A stretch of DNA of 62,978 nt, counting the filler, from Klebsormidium nitens (lineage: Eukaryota; Plantae; Klebsormidiophyceae): NCBI GenBank assembly GCA_000708835.1. It is 9 parts of 9 records of this genome, joined end to end, with 100 filler letters (N's around TTAATTAATTAA, not from the genome) between each part and the next. Parts side by side here need not be neighbours in the genome. Positions count along the whole stretch, not along the records: positions 17,044 to 27,225 come from DF238166.1; positions 27,326 to 34,490 come from DF237355.1; positions 34,591 to 41,093 come from DF238405.1; 6 more parts are not named here. One strand, given 5' to 3'. The notes under the pieces were generated by a model. The model did no database searches, was not told the DNA's origin, and worked only from the letters and a program-made list of their open reading frames with translations. Shown piece after piece: positions 23,154 to 35,300 of the stretch. Made by a program: the position numbers and the translations under genes. The first letter of the stretch is position 1; each line of letters begins with the position of its first letter.

Positions 23154-23780
23154 ATGCGGATGAATGACTACACGCTTCTCATCCCTGGATTTGGTTCCAC
23201 AAAGACAGCTATAGAATCTATAAGAGAAATGCTTAGAGTAAAGTGCACAGGGATGATCGAGGTCTTTGACTACGACACGAGAGGTATCTGGGATCTCGGC
23301 AACTTTTTGCGTAATAGACTATTCATCAGCACAAAGACGGACAGGTTGACGAGGCTGCTGACTAAGCTCTCCGAAATCACGAGCCTGCCTTTGGACGTTC
23401 GCGTGCACATCATCGCACATTCACATGGGGCTCTCTTGCTACACAAGGCTCTCATGACGCTGTCAATCTCGGCTCGACACCAGCTTCAAGTGCAGAACGT
23501 CACGGTGGACGCATACGGACCTGCGAAGCTGATCCCTGCCTCGTGCGAGCATTACGCGCTCCGGGGCGCGACCAATCACTTTCACGAGAAGGATTGGATT
23601 CTGAGGTTGCATGGAAGGTTGCAGAGGACCGACGAACCCGAATTCGATCACAGGTCTTCCGATGGGACCGTCTTTCATATCAAGATGACCAAAGATCCGC
23701 GTTACGCTTCCGGTAGAGATGCACACCAATCCTACTACGACGAGAGCATCTGGGACGCCATGGGCTCTTGCAAGATTTGA
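23154..23780 (+). CDS. Alpha/beta-hydrolase (lipase-like) protein
   Basis: LLIPGFG oxyanion-type loop, IIAHSHG nucleophile elbow, C-terminal DAH. Confidence 0.7.
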   Translation: MRMNDYTLLIPGFGSTKTAIESIREMLRVKCTGMIEVFDYDTRGIWDLGNFLRNRLFISTKTDRLTRLLTKLSEITSLPLDVRVHIIAHSHGALLLHKALMTLSISARHQLQVQNVTVDAYGPAKLIPASCEHYALRGATNHFHEKDWILRLHGRLQRTDEPEFDHRSSDGTVFHIKMTKDPRYASGRDAHQSYYDESIWDAMGSCKI

Positions 23781-23827
23781 GGGTGGGCAGAGCCCCAAAA
23801 TAAAATCTTTCTATATAGCAAGAACGC

Positions 23828-24244
23828 ATGTCTAACATCACGATCGCTCCGGGGAGTCGTGCATACGTAAAGGATAACGACTTATTCGGAACCGTGACGC
23901 GTACCAATCTCTTAGGCCTGTCGAACACTCCGGTTATCCAGCTGGACGATGGGAAGAGCCAAGCATACATCGGACCACTGAGGAAGAACGTGGTGGATGC
24001 CGAGAAGAAGGTAGATTTCGATGGACAGAGCGTTTCGGTGCCACTGGATGTGTTTGGCGTGGGCAGAGACCAACTGACCGCGTTCGGGGTCTCGGCGGAG
24101 AAGCAGAACCAGATGTTCCAGAAGTGGAGAACACTGCCTAAGAATCAGCAAGAGGCTTACACTCAAAGCTGGGACTCCCTGGACAAGAACGATTCTACCG
24201 CTCTGCAGGGGTTCCTTCAAGGGATGATAGATGCTCTCTCCTAA
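23828..24244 (+). CDS. Hypothetical protein (viral segment)
   Basis: 138-aa intronless ORF filling the space between neighbours, with protein-like composition. Confidence 0.65.
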   Translation: MSNITIAPGSRAYVKDNDLFGTVTRTNLLGLSNTPVIQLDDGKSQAYIGPLRKNVVDAEKKVDFDGQSVSVPLDVFGVGRDQLTAFGVSAEKQNQMFQKWRTLPKNQQEAYTQSWDSLDKNDSTALQGFLQGMIDALS

Positions 24245-24249
24245 TTCAT

Positions 24250-24840
24250 CTAGCTCATCTTCGAGGCTACTACAGCTGCAGCTGCTCGCAGCACCTCCCG
24301 TGCACTCTGACGACCATCTATGCGGTACACCTCGTCGAAGTGAGCTTCCTCGCTGGAGAGGAAGTCGTGATACTTCGCCTCCAACTTCTTCAAATAGGCC
24401 AGAGTGAGCGGCGTCTCCGCCTCTCTCCCCCTCTTGCGTGCGCGTTCGAAGCAGACCTCAGCTGGAGTGTCCACCCATATGCAGATCTTGGGCACCTCCA
24501 GCTGCTGCGTGCTCCGGTCATATAGCTGCCTGAAAAGGGCCCATTCCTCAGGGTCCAGAGTTCCGTCCTCGTGCAGGAGCTCTCCAAAGACGAACCTGCA
24601 CGAGGCGGGTGATCTCTCTATGAAGCTGAGTCCGGTGCGCTTGGGCATAGACATGAAGCTGCAGAGGACCTTAGTCTGCAGTGCAAAAGCCCATCTCCTT
24701 TGGTCTTCATAAAACCTACGCAACATAGGTGCCCACTCATCCACAGGTTCCAGCTCGATAGGGCATTCGAAGAGTCGCCCCAGACCTTCAAGGAGAAGAC
24801 TCTTGCCACTACCTATGGAGCCTTCGATCGAAATATTCAT
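24250..24840 (-). CDS. Deoxynucleoside kinase (dNK family)
   Basis: IEGSIGSGKS P-loop, EPVDEW, FYED..RWAFALQ, ERS and RARKRGR lid. ATG at 24840. Confidence 0.93.
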   Translation of the reverse strand: MNISIEGSIGSGKSLLLEGLGRLFECPIELEPVDEWAPMLRRFYEDQRRWAFALQTKVLCSFMSMPKRTGLSFIERSPASCRFVFGELLHEDGTLDPEEWALFRQLYDRSTQQLEVPKICIWVDTPAEVCFERARKRGREAETPLTLAYLKKLEAKYHDFLSSEEAHFDEVYRIDGRQSAREVLRAAAAVVASKMS

Positions 24841-25836
24841 TTTCGGAATCTGTGTGTCCGAGACGCGCCACACGCCCCTCTTCTTATATAGACTGCCGCT
24901 TTTCGGGCGCTGCTCTCGGGTCCGCGTCCGAACAGCGTATTTTTCGCTACCATGCACGCGACACTCCCGTCTTTAGTTCCACGCTTGCCACTTGTCGAGA
25001 CAGGGTGTCGAACTATCCGAAAGTCTGCTGGCTTACATGACCCTCACATGGCAGTGGTGCCACTTGTTCAACGGTACATCTAAATCTCTCTTCTTATTGG
25101 ACGAATGTACCACCTAATTGTGAGGAACGTGTGCGTGGTACTTGACTGGCGTTGACTTCGACGGGATTCTTGCCCATATCTCGGATATCAACCATTAGCG
25201 GGAGATATTACGTCACAATATCCAAGTACAACATTATTAATAACAATATCAGTACGGTGCCCATTGGTTCGTCATAGAATGCACCTGAAGTACATGTCAG
25301 CAACCCTAATTGATCCGTATATTCTATCAGAAATATATATTTGCTCGGCAGTGTCTAAAATTTTCTTTCGTATACCATAAGTCCGAGGTAGTGGTAACCG
25401 CCGCTGATGAGCAGTCTGAGTCACAACTGAGAATGATCATTGGCACTTTTCACGTGTATATTTCAGTTTCGGGCGCGATGGCTACCCCAGGCGCGTTGCC
25501 TATAGCCTTCTCGGCTTCCCTTCCATTTCCACTTTGAAGATACACATACCACATAAAGCAAGAGCTCAAACATCACTGCTTCCTCCAGCATCGCTCACGC
25601 CTCCACGCCTCCTGAAAAGCGCTCACCTGGCTGACGGAGGAGCATGCCATCATGGCATCCGGGTTCTTTTCGGCAGCAGACGATGCGGGGTGAGAATCCT
25701 GGCCGAGCTGTAGCACACTTCCCTCTTTCTGTGCAATTCCAATCGCTACGCATCTGCTGTGTGCTAGACCTTTGCAAGAGAGAGGGTGGGTGGATCTCAC
25801 CAAATTGCTTCTCCAGCCCTATTATGTAGGCAGCCT

Positions 25837-25985
25837 AGAATTGCATTCAGCAGGGTGGTGGGGATTAAGAATTGCATTCAGTAGGGTGGTGGGGATCAAG
25901 AATTGCATCCAGTAGGGTGGCTTTTAAGAATTGCATCCAATAGGGTGGTGGGGTTTTAGTAGTTGCATCCAGTAGGGTGGCGGAG
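25837..25985. repeat. G-rich ~31-bp minisatellite, five copies
   Basis: Unit agaattgcat(t/c)cagtagggtggtggggat(t/c)a repeated head-to-tail with no spacers. Confidence 0.9.
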
Positions 25986-26280
25986 TACTGAATCTTAAGT
26001 TCAAAAGGTTTCACCTTGGGTTTCTCTCAAACAACCCGTCGACCGATCAGAGCAAATTCAGATTGCCTACAATTCAGATTCAGATTGTATATGCTCTAAA
26101 CCTGTAAGCTTGATCTGAGCAGAATCGCAGAGTTGCAGGGTTAGGGTTCCTTTTCCCTGCTCTCTGCTTGGATTTCTTCCTAGAAACTCATCAAAGCTGC
26201 AGAGTGGTGGTGAAGTCTGATACTTTGTGTGTAGGGTTCTGGATTCTGCGTGGATAAACCCTTCTCTCTGCATATTTGCA

Positions 26281-26552
26281 GATATGAAGCTGCACTCGCG
26301 ATTGAGCACAGTGTGGCTGGAGAGATCAACGACGGGTTTGTGGGTTTCCTTCTCGGGGATCGCTTGAGGCTAGAAGCAGAGCTGGAGTTGGCCAGACAGG
26401 CAGCCGAGAAGGTTAATGATGAGAACACGCGGTTGCGCATTCAGATGGAGATGCGCGACGAGGAGATCAAAAGGCTGAAGAGCAAAAGGGGGCGCTCTGA
26501 TCATCTTGGCCTGGAGCTACCTAACGCCAGCACTCACACGCAGTCAAGCTAG
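26281..26552 (+). CDS. Probable terminal exon of a coiled-coil host protein; upstream exons not identified
   Basis: Pyrimidine-rich acceptor ...tttgcag at 26280, then RLEAELELARQAAEKVNDENTRLRIQMEMRDEEIKRLK to a stop. Confidence 0.4.
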
Positions 26553-26705
26553 ATAAGGTCGAAAGTGATCATGAGGTAACCTTTTAGCAATCGATTGCTA
26601 TATGTGCCAAGCACGATCAATTTCGGACGGCGTTCCGACTCGCGGATCAGGGCAAACCTCTTGTTGTAGAAGGTGCAAGTGTAGAGTCGTCTGACTTTTG
26701 CACCG

Positions 26706-26930
26706 AGGTTTACGTGGAGTTTTGGTAGTTGAGACCACGGATGGAAGGCAGAACCGGTGTTTGAATAGTAAGTTGAGTCGAGGTGTAACATAGTTTGTAA
26801 CTTAGTTGTACTTGTACCAAGGTTTACGTGGAGGATTGGTTGTTGGAGATCACGGATGTAAGACTAAACCGGTGCTTCGAATAGCTGGGCTGAGTCAAGG
26901 TGTAACTTAGTTTGTAACTTAACTGTAAGA
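26706..26930. repeat. Diverged ~115-bp tandem duplication
   Basis: ggtttacgtggag...aaccggtg...ggtgtaac(a/t)tagtttgtaactta occurs twice in tandem. Confidence 0.75.
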
Positions 26931-27876
26931 TGCGGGTTGGGGCCGCGCAACTTACAGTGGTTCTGTGTCTGTACGAATAGGATAGTCTGATCTATGCTCG
27001 TCGATAGAATCCACTCATCTATAGATACAGTCTGTTCAGAGTAAAATGGCACACTCGCCACAGTACCCAGCCGTATCTCGGATTCTCACCGAAGTGCCTA
27101 GATGAACTCGTTTCTAGGCAGCTATGTCTTTCGACTAATTCTCAGTCATCCTCACAATGCTGCTCTCGTGAAGTCCGCTGGCCTGCCCTCGCCTCTGGCT
27201 ATGCTCATACAGATCCAAGCTATGTNNNNNNNNNNNNNNNNNNNNNNNNNNNNNNNNNNNNNNNNNNNNTTAATTAATTAANNNNNNNNNNNNNNNNNNN
27301 NNNNNNNNNNNNNNNNNNNNNNNNNCCCAATGCAAAAAACTCGACTCGATTTGGATGAGTTTGGACCACTTCGTGACCCAAAACGTGACCTAGGGTTCTG
27401 CAGGCGGTTGAATGCCATACTTCCACCTTAAGCTGAGACTCAAGTCTGAGAGTTCTGCAAGTTGACGATCTGTAATAGGCTTCTCAACTTCAGCCCTAAC
27501 CAGCCCTAACTCTTGGTTTGTCAAAACACGTTAAACCCTTCCTTACATAACCGTATTATTAGTCTGTAACGTGTCCCCAGAGAAGCTTGGTGAACGTTAC
27601 GTACAAAGCTGAGCACGGTTGGATTCCCTGAGTAACCCCAGTCGTAACACTTACTACAAACCCAGAGGATCTGGAAGGTGGAAGGGGGCCGCTACTAGAA
27701 CTCTGACTCTGACACTGACAGTGAGTGCACTCGTTGAGTTCACGTCCTTCTTCCTCACTTCTGTGGTGGAGGGAATGTTTGGCGTCTTCTGGGGTTCCAC
27801 GGTGCGTTGCGAGGACCACCAAAGGTGATGACCGTTGGCAGGGCGTCTCAAAGATAGGGCGTGACGGGTTTCAGCG

Positions 27877-30800
27877 ATGGCAAAAGTTGTTGATGTTGAG
27901 AAAAGGGGCGGTGGAACAGGAAGTTTGGAGGAGCTTCCGCTTGAACTCCGACAGAACACCATTGTGCTACGAGGCCCTGCGCATCCAAGCAGTAGGAAGG
28001 CGTTGGTCTATCTTCTTGGCACGGCTCATGTCTCTCAGGTAAGCTTGACTGTCATCAATATCTTTAAGGAGGTTCAAAGATGAGGAGGATTAATTTCTGC
28101 GCGCATCTGGGGATAGTGGCCCTTTCAACCAGTTGATCAACCCAGCATTTCTATGTTCATTCAATGATGCACCTTGCGCAATAAGCACTTCAAAACCAGT
28201 GCACCCGATTTACTACTTCTAGCTTGATTGTTGGAAGCACGTCTTGCAGCCATCACCTTCTAAATATGGTCAGCAACTGCCTGAAAGAACCACTACTGTT
28301 TGCATTAGAGAGCAACCAGTGCTGTGTGTATGCTTACCACTACATGAAACAAGTCTGATAGGCTGCCTGAAGTGTGATATCCCCAAAGCACCACTTAGAT
28401 TGGTCAAAAAGTTATCGAATGCTTGACATTTCTTCCGCAGCATTCAAATACCGCTAATTCTGAGTACAGCATTCTGAGTACAGCATTCAAATATTGCTAA
28501 TTCTGAGTACTTCAACCTGTGCAGGACTCTTGTAAGGAGGTCAGAGCGCTCATCAGGGAAGTGAAGCCTGATGTAAGTCCTTTTAACCCTGTAGCTGCTA
28601 TCAACCATCTTGGTGCCTCGAGTGCCAACCTTTGAAGTTGTGCCGTAGCAAACGAGAGCACTGAGAGCTTGAAGACTGGTTGAGGCGACGCACTGGACCT
28701 GCGAGTACGACTGCTTACCTGCAATATGTTCCACCCGCAATGTTGCCTGCCTGGAACCATCACCTTGGTTCTGAGAAGGTTCTTTGTTGGTGTCACATGA
28801 GCCAAAACTGAATCGCAAGCACCGGTTGATATGCAGGCCGTCTTTGTAGAGCTGTGCAGCGGCCGGACGGCGGTGCTTATGCCTCCCAAAGACCTTGTAG
28901 TGAGTATCGCTCCTCAACCAGTGTTCCTCCAGGATCTGCCGCCCTGGCAATCCCTGACAAGGTCCCGAGTTTTATGTTGATATAGCACCGTGAGATGAGA
29001 CGGAGCACACCTAGCGGTCATGCTTCACAGGTGGAGAGTAACAGTATGCTGAGTGTGTTGAGGCGCCGGGCAACACAGCTTTCAAAGAGGCAGACTTTCC
29101 CCGCCTGCTTACATTGAGAACGTTGTTGACCATCTATCTGTCCTCCAGCAGTCAGTCGCTCTTCTGTAGCATGCTCTCTGTGAAGGAGGGGAACAATCTG
29201 GACAGCAGTGTAGTTCCTGCCTTTTTCTCACAAGACTGCCTTTTGGTCTGCAGATTCCCACCTTCGCAGAGATGTTCGACCAGCTGCGCAACAAGAAAGC
29301 AAACGCCTTTGCTGTGATCTACGGCTACTTCTTGGCCAGAGTTGCATCCCGGTTGACGGTCTTGCCTGGGGAGGAGTTTCGAATTGCATATGAGGAAGCA
29401 CTCGCCTGTGGAGCGAGCATCAAGTTGGGGGACCGACCAATACAGGTGAAACGAGCCCCCTGCTATGATTCTCCGATTGTGCTTCGTTTTATAGCGGAGA
29501 TGTCTTTTGGTGTGGTTAGGTGTGACTTTTGAAGCTGCTACGGAGAGAACAATTGTTTGATGTAGTCGGACCCTCCAAGAGTGCAGTACCCTACTAGTCA
29601 GGCCCTGGTTGAGGCGCTTGCTATCTTTCATCGTGCCTGTCGAAAGATTACGCTGAGCGAACTGGCACACAGAATTCAAGGAAGTAGGACGACACAGACG
29701 AAAGGGTCCGTCACCCAGTTGCTTGTGTGATCCGCCTTCAGTCTGGCCTTGCTTCATATAGAGCTGGGAGATAAAGCCTAAACGAACTGATCTCCCCTGA
29801 GGACTTTAGTGCGGCTTGTTGTAGAGCAGACCGAATTCCGATGGGGATGCTCAAATGACTTGCGTGGGACCTGTTCCACACGGCAACTGTTCTTCCAAGG
29901 CTCCTCTCTCCAATCACAAACTTGTGCGCGTCCCAGAGTCGCAGGACGACTTTCATAGTCTGTCCTGTAAGATTGTCGATGATAGGCACGTCCGGACAAC
30001 GCCCTCTTTCGGCAACCGTTCTGATTGCATCCCGATTCTGATCCCGTTCCGTTTCCGTTCCGTTCTGGCAGGTGACGTTGCAACGGACGTGGGGCCAGAT
30101 GCCGGCGTGGCACAAGTTCAAGCTGCTGTGGCAGATGCTCGTGCAAGCCAGCTCCCTCCCTGACGCCGACGAACTTGCAGCCACGGTGAGAACGCAGCCT
30201 CTTCCTCCTCCTCTCCGTTCTCCTTTTCCAGCCGTTCCACTCGTCCATGTACCTCTCGGTTTGAGCTTAGGAGATGTTCGCTATCCTTTATGGCAGAGTT
30301 CCCTCATGTCCAGGCTGGGTTTCCATATACGGTATCCTTCTCCCAGTTCGTACAATCGGTTGATGCACCTGGAGATTGCCAAGGGAGATTGCCAAGTTGA
30401 CCAGTCAAGTCGCTTGAAAAGTGGTGATTAAGACGTGCGAATCGTCGTTTCTCCTAGGAATCTTCCACAACCACAGCAGTTGCGGCCTCCACTTTTCCTG
30501 CTCGCCCCTTCCAGACGCCTTGTCAGTGAATGCTCGATAATTCATAGATTGTAAATCAACGGCCCTTACAGCTTTGTTGATGAGAATGCCATTTGTAGCC
30601 CTCCAGCCTTTTCACTGGGGATCCTTTTGAGTGTTCGAGAGAAACAGGACACAATTTGTCTGGTGATTGAAACGTGCATCTGTCGGACGATGAACGATGC
30701 GTCCGGTGCCGTCCGCAGATGGAGGACCTGAAGGATACGGACATGCTGACGCTCGCGATCAAGGAGATGAGTAAGACCTTCCCCACGCTCTGGCGGACGC

Positions 30801-32309
30801 TCGTGCTCGAGCGCGACCAGTGAGCCACGCTTTCACTATCTTCGTCCCCCCCGCTCTAGTTCCTTTCAATACGTTGTTCCCCATATAGTTGTTCATCTGG
30901 TGAACAATCCAGTGGTTCAGTGCCTGTCGTGGATGAAGCATCTTACCGACCAGAAGGTCGGGATACCTAAACTCACGAGTCTACAGTGTGCCAATTCGCC
31001 CCGCCCCCTCTGTGATATGGTACCAAACGAAACAATCCAAGATCAGGCGCTAGTTCATTTTCATAAACTTTTTACTTCCCATCTCGTCAGTAGCTTGGTT
31101 CCTTCTGACGTCCTTCCGTCCACCCTTAACAGTGCATCTGTCAGATTCGATTCGTTGCAATCTTCTTGGGACGGTCGGAGCAAACGTGCTGAGACTTGGG
31201 CGTTTCCAGGCGGACCGCAGACCTGCTTCGATGGCCGAAACGCTGTCACAGCCGTCCGATCTTCAGCTAATGAAGCCAGTCTGAGAGTGCAAAATGGGCC
31301 TTAGCTGGTAGCACCTAGGACCTGCCACGTGATCAGGACCTCTGGTATGGGATGTGACGAGGCGATCTGAACCGTTGATGTTAACAAGATGGACGATGGT
31401 GACAGCAAGGAGGCTTGTCCCTTAGCCATTTCTCAGATCTGCAGACCGCCTGTTTCAACCAACTTGCAGGTACATGGCTGCATCACTCCGGGACCTAGCA
31501 AGGACGTCTAACAGGGTGGTTGCGGTCGTTGGGAAAGGCCATCAGAGCGGGATCCGGGAAAACTGGGAGGCCCCAATAGACGTAAGTTTTGGTTGACAGC
31601 CTAGTCTCTGGCGCGTTCAAAGTCAGTAGATCGATGAACCCCCGTGACAAAATGTTTCGGTGATTGGATTTTATCTGTCACTCTTGCCTTGATTGACGGC
31701 GGCTGCACCTTATTTCCAGTACCAGCTGCTTGTCGCACCTTTGAAACAGGTGAAAGTGTTACCTGTTAAGTAAGCCTCGAGATCCAGATTGTTTTTGGTT
31801 TTTATCATGCCCACTGCCGGGCTCAGAAGCGAATGAAGACGCCGTTACCTCCATGACGTGGGCTCGAATGCACGGAGTCTTTTGACCCATCGAAACTTAG
31901 GAAGCCGGAGAAGGTTGTCGTTAATTCTTTACGTGCTGTTTCGCGTTTCGTATCTTCGCAGAGGATTATCCTTTTGCACATTTCTTTCCAAAGCATCTTG
32001 AGTGCAAGTTGCAGATGCTGAAAGCATCCTCGACGCCATCTTCTCCAAAAGCTCAAAAACTGCTTTCCCATCCAGAGAATCCTGCGAAAACGTGTGCTTA
32101 ACAAGCTGTTTCGCTGGGTCCCCAAATCTGTCCTTGTCTCTCGTTGCCAAAGCATTCACCGTTTGCAGGTCAAAGCGCTGATGGAGATGCCGCCAGAGAA
32201 GCCACCTTGGATCTCCAAAGAAACAACGCGATGGTTGCTATTGGGGGGCCTGGTGGGCTCGGTTGCGCTTGTCTATACGGTCAGATACGCGAGGCGAAGT
32301 AAGAGTTAG
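27877..32309 (+). CDS. TRABD: TraB/PrgY-domain protein with C-terminal membrane anchor (TRABD-like, spliced)
   Basis: Exons encode LVYLLGTAHVSQ, VFVELCSGR, PGEEFRIA...LGDRPIQVTLQR, LVLERDQYM and VVAVVGKGH, then a C-terminal TM and basic tail. GT-AG junctions throughout. Confidence 0.9.
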
Positions 32310-35300
32310 CTTTCAGAACGGCCCCATTATTTATTGTTTCCGGGGATCGAAATGATGTCCGGCTGAGGTTTTTTTAGAGTAGAATGTACATGCGACTTCA
32401 GTATCTTCTCGGTAGGAACACTACAGACACGTAGGAGCTTCGTTGTAAGCCACAAAAGCTCTAACTCCAGGTCAGCTTACGTTAAGCATTGATGTATCCG
32501 TCCTGCCGCCACATCTGGGGGTTGTTTTAGGAGGGATGCCCAGTCACTACGATTCAGATCGTCTTTCGAAGGTTGCGGGACGTTGTTGATTGTATCTTTT
32601 CGATCTTCAATGCACGGTCTGACGTATCTGGGGCGCCAAGCAGGCCCGTTTTGCGTCAAGGAGCTCGTCTTGTGTTTGGGCCTGAAACTCTTCATCCATG
32701 ATTATGGCCTTCTGAAAGTCCGGATTGCAGGGGTCAAGCTTGTACGAAGTCCAACAATAGAGAGAGGCTTACATATAGACGGTCGCACGCTAGGCTGAGC
32801 AGTCAGTAGGCACGCATCTGGGGCTCAAACACAAGCGGCCGTCTTTTTGTATCCAATAGGCGGGCTGTGTACCAAGATAAAAGTTTGGGAAAGCGGCGAC
32901 GCCCTCACTTTCGTTGCTAGAAGGCGTCGCCAGCAAACTTTAGGGTCCGCATTTGTGGTTGGCAGAGAGCACTAATTGCCGCCCAATCCTATCGGACGAT
33001 GCTGAGGGTCACACTTGGGGGCTGGCCCCATCGATTGACGGTTCTAAACTTTTACTGCCGGGTCCACGAGCATGGCTTTCGACTGTGAGCTGTCAGATCG
33101 AGTGGGGTGGACAAGTCTGCGCCATTTTCCAAATTGGCCCTATACCTGATCGAGGCCGTTCAATGAAGCATCCGATCGTCACCCGATGGCACTTCCCGTA
33201 CATGGTCACTGTATACTTGATTCATATGCAGGCCGTCAAAGTAGGACTGCTGACGTGTGCAACTTGAGTTGGTAACGGGTGGGTCGTTCATCACTTTCTA
33301 TATCTAATTTCTATATCATTCTTGAACGCGTATATAGCTAGTTGCAGCTATTGACGTGATTGCAAATGATTTCGTCGAACAGATTATAGTCACTTAACCG
33401 CCTTAATATGTGCTGCACTGAGCATATACATCAGATCGATGACATGGCATGCATTTTGATGATGTGAGGCTGCATATCATATTGAACTGCATTGCTCGGA
33501 GAGCGGAAGATTAAGATGGTTGGTGAATGATCGATACATATATTCAATGCAACACCAAGCACATTCTGTCACACAAGGCACCTATGGGGCATTCTGGCCC
33601 GTGCATGACACACCGGTCACGGATTTGTCAGACCGTCGTGACCGGGGTGTCGCGCCGGTCTGTCGGGTAGGTAACACCGGCGTGCCAACGGAGCCTACGA
33701 TTTCTTTAGAACCAGACTTGCGATTCTAAAGCCGGCGCTCTTGAATGGATTCTACACCTGTGCCCGGTAGATGAGAAACATCAATTCATGGGTACTTGAT
33801 CGATGCACTAATTATAGTTCAGCGCCTAGGGTTGAATCGTATGTTCTACCATGTACCCAGCACTCCATTTGACCGTACGGTTTCGACCTGATTGTGCGAC
33901 GCGTGGCTGTTGACATCAACCTCAATGATAGACAATAGTCGTTTTGCGGACATCGTACGGTGAATGTCTATCTAATCTTCAGGATCCGACGGTAACACAC
34001 AAATTCAAATTTTGACCGTACGGTGCGGTACAGACTCAGTGCAGTGCACACTGCACACTGCACACTGCGGTACCTACATATTGAGTACCGTAGACCGTAA
34101 ACCGCGACTCAAATAACAACCGACCATGAGGAGCTTTCAGAGTGTCGCGCTTCGATTGTCTCCGCCGCCATTCCTCAAGTTCAAAGTTGAGCATAAAGAA
34201 CTTTCAGCTCATTACGAATTTTGCTATGATCTCTTTTGCATATATCCTTATTGTATTTTAGTAGAAGGTCCAGCATATTTAGATCATGTGTATCGGTCGG
34301 TAAGATTGAGTAAAGATATGTGTTCCTAGGTGCCTTGCTCATTTTAGCGTTTTAAAGTGTAAAATGTGACCCAAGTAGCTTGCGTAGCTGACACTAAAAT
34401 CGAAAGTGTGGACACCCGGTCACTTCGCCGCGACCGATCGGTCACGGGCCGTGACACGGATGCGCTGCAATCGACGTGAACCGCGTCACCNNNNNNNNNN
34501 NNNNNNNNNNNNNNNNNNNNNNNNNNNNNNNNNNTTAATTAATTAANNNNNNNNNNNNNNNNNNNNNNNNNNNNNNNNNNNNNNNNNNNNGTGTCAGTGA
34601 TTACTAATTGGACGGAGGCGCCAGCCTTACTAACATCAATTGGGTTCCATTAGTTGCGGCCACGCATGCGTCGACCGCGATACGTACCCATCATCATCTT
34701 TGTACGTACGTACGTCCGCACAAACTTGCAACTTTAGATGCTTAACTGCGATCTGAAATTAAAAGTAGCTGACTGAATTTTGCTAATGAAACTCATTGAA
34801 ACTTATGATCGGGACGCGCGCCATGAATGATGAGTTTAGAAACTACAAAGTTACGTTGGGCTACACCCGTAGATCGGACGGGTGGTTGAAGCTCGACACA
34901 TATGCAAAGCCGTCGATCGACTCTAGCTTGCGAGCATATTCAAATCATTACGTTCCATATTTTCCTACGCATAGGTGAGTCCGGTCGGGCTTGAGGTTCG
35001 TAACAACAACCGGGCAATGAGGTATGCGCCATATGATGCGAAGAACGTGTAATGGTATCACAAAGCCAAATCACGTTGCACTTTCGGTGCGAACTGCAAC
35101 TCGATCATGGACATCTGAACACTACCGGCCTCGGAGTACAAAAATCACCCGATGTACTGGTCCCCATGCATGAGGAAGCCAGCTGCAAGGCTGCCTATAA
35201 CAACACGACCTCAATGACAATCAGACACCCGGTTGCTTGAAGCTAAACCTAACTCGAAAGGTCGCACTCTCTTAGGCCCTGAGGCTGGAGCTCTCAAGCT

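Larger units (their letters stand above)
17044..24960. mobile_element. Endogenous giant-virus (Nucleocytoviricota-like) segment 1
   Basis: About ten intronless ORFs with mostly very short spacers, in contrast to the intron-rich flanks. Contains RNR small subunit, dNK, T5orf172, a viral-type kinase and IS607/Fanzor. Left edge is a gap; right edge runs on into non-viral-looking DNA. Confidence 0.88.

Noticed and set aside
25837-25985. Repeat array as a possible CRISPR
   Set aside because: Units abut with no unique spacers and there are no cas genes; it is a minisatellite.
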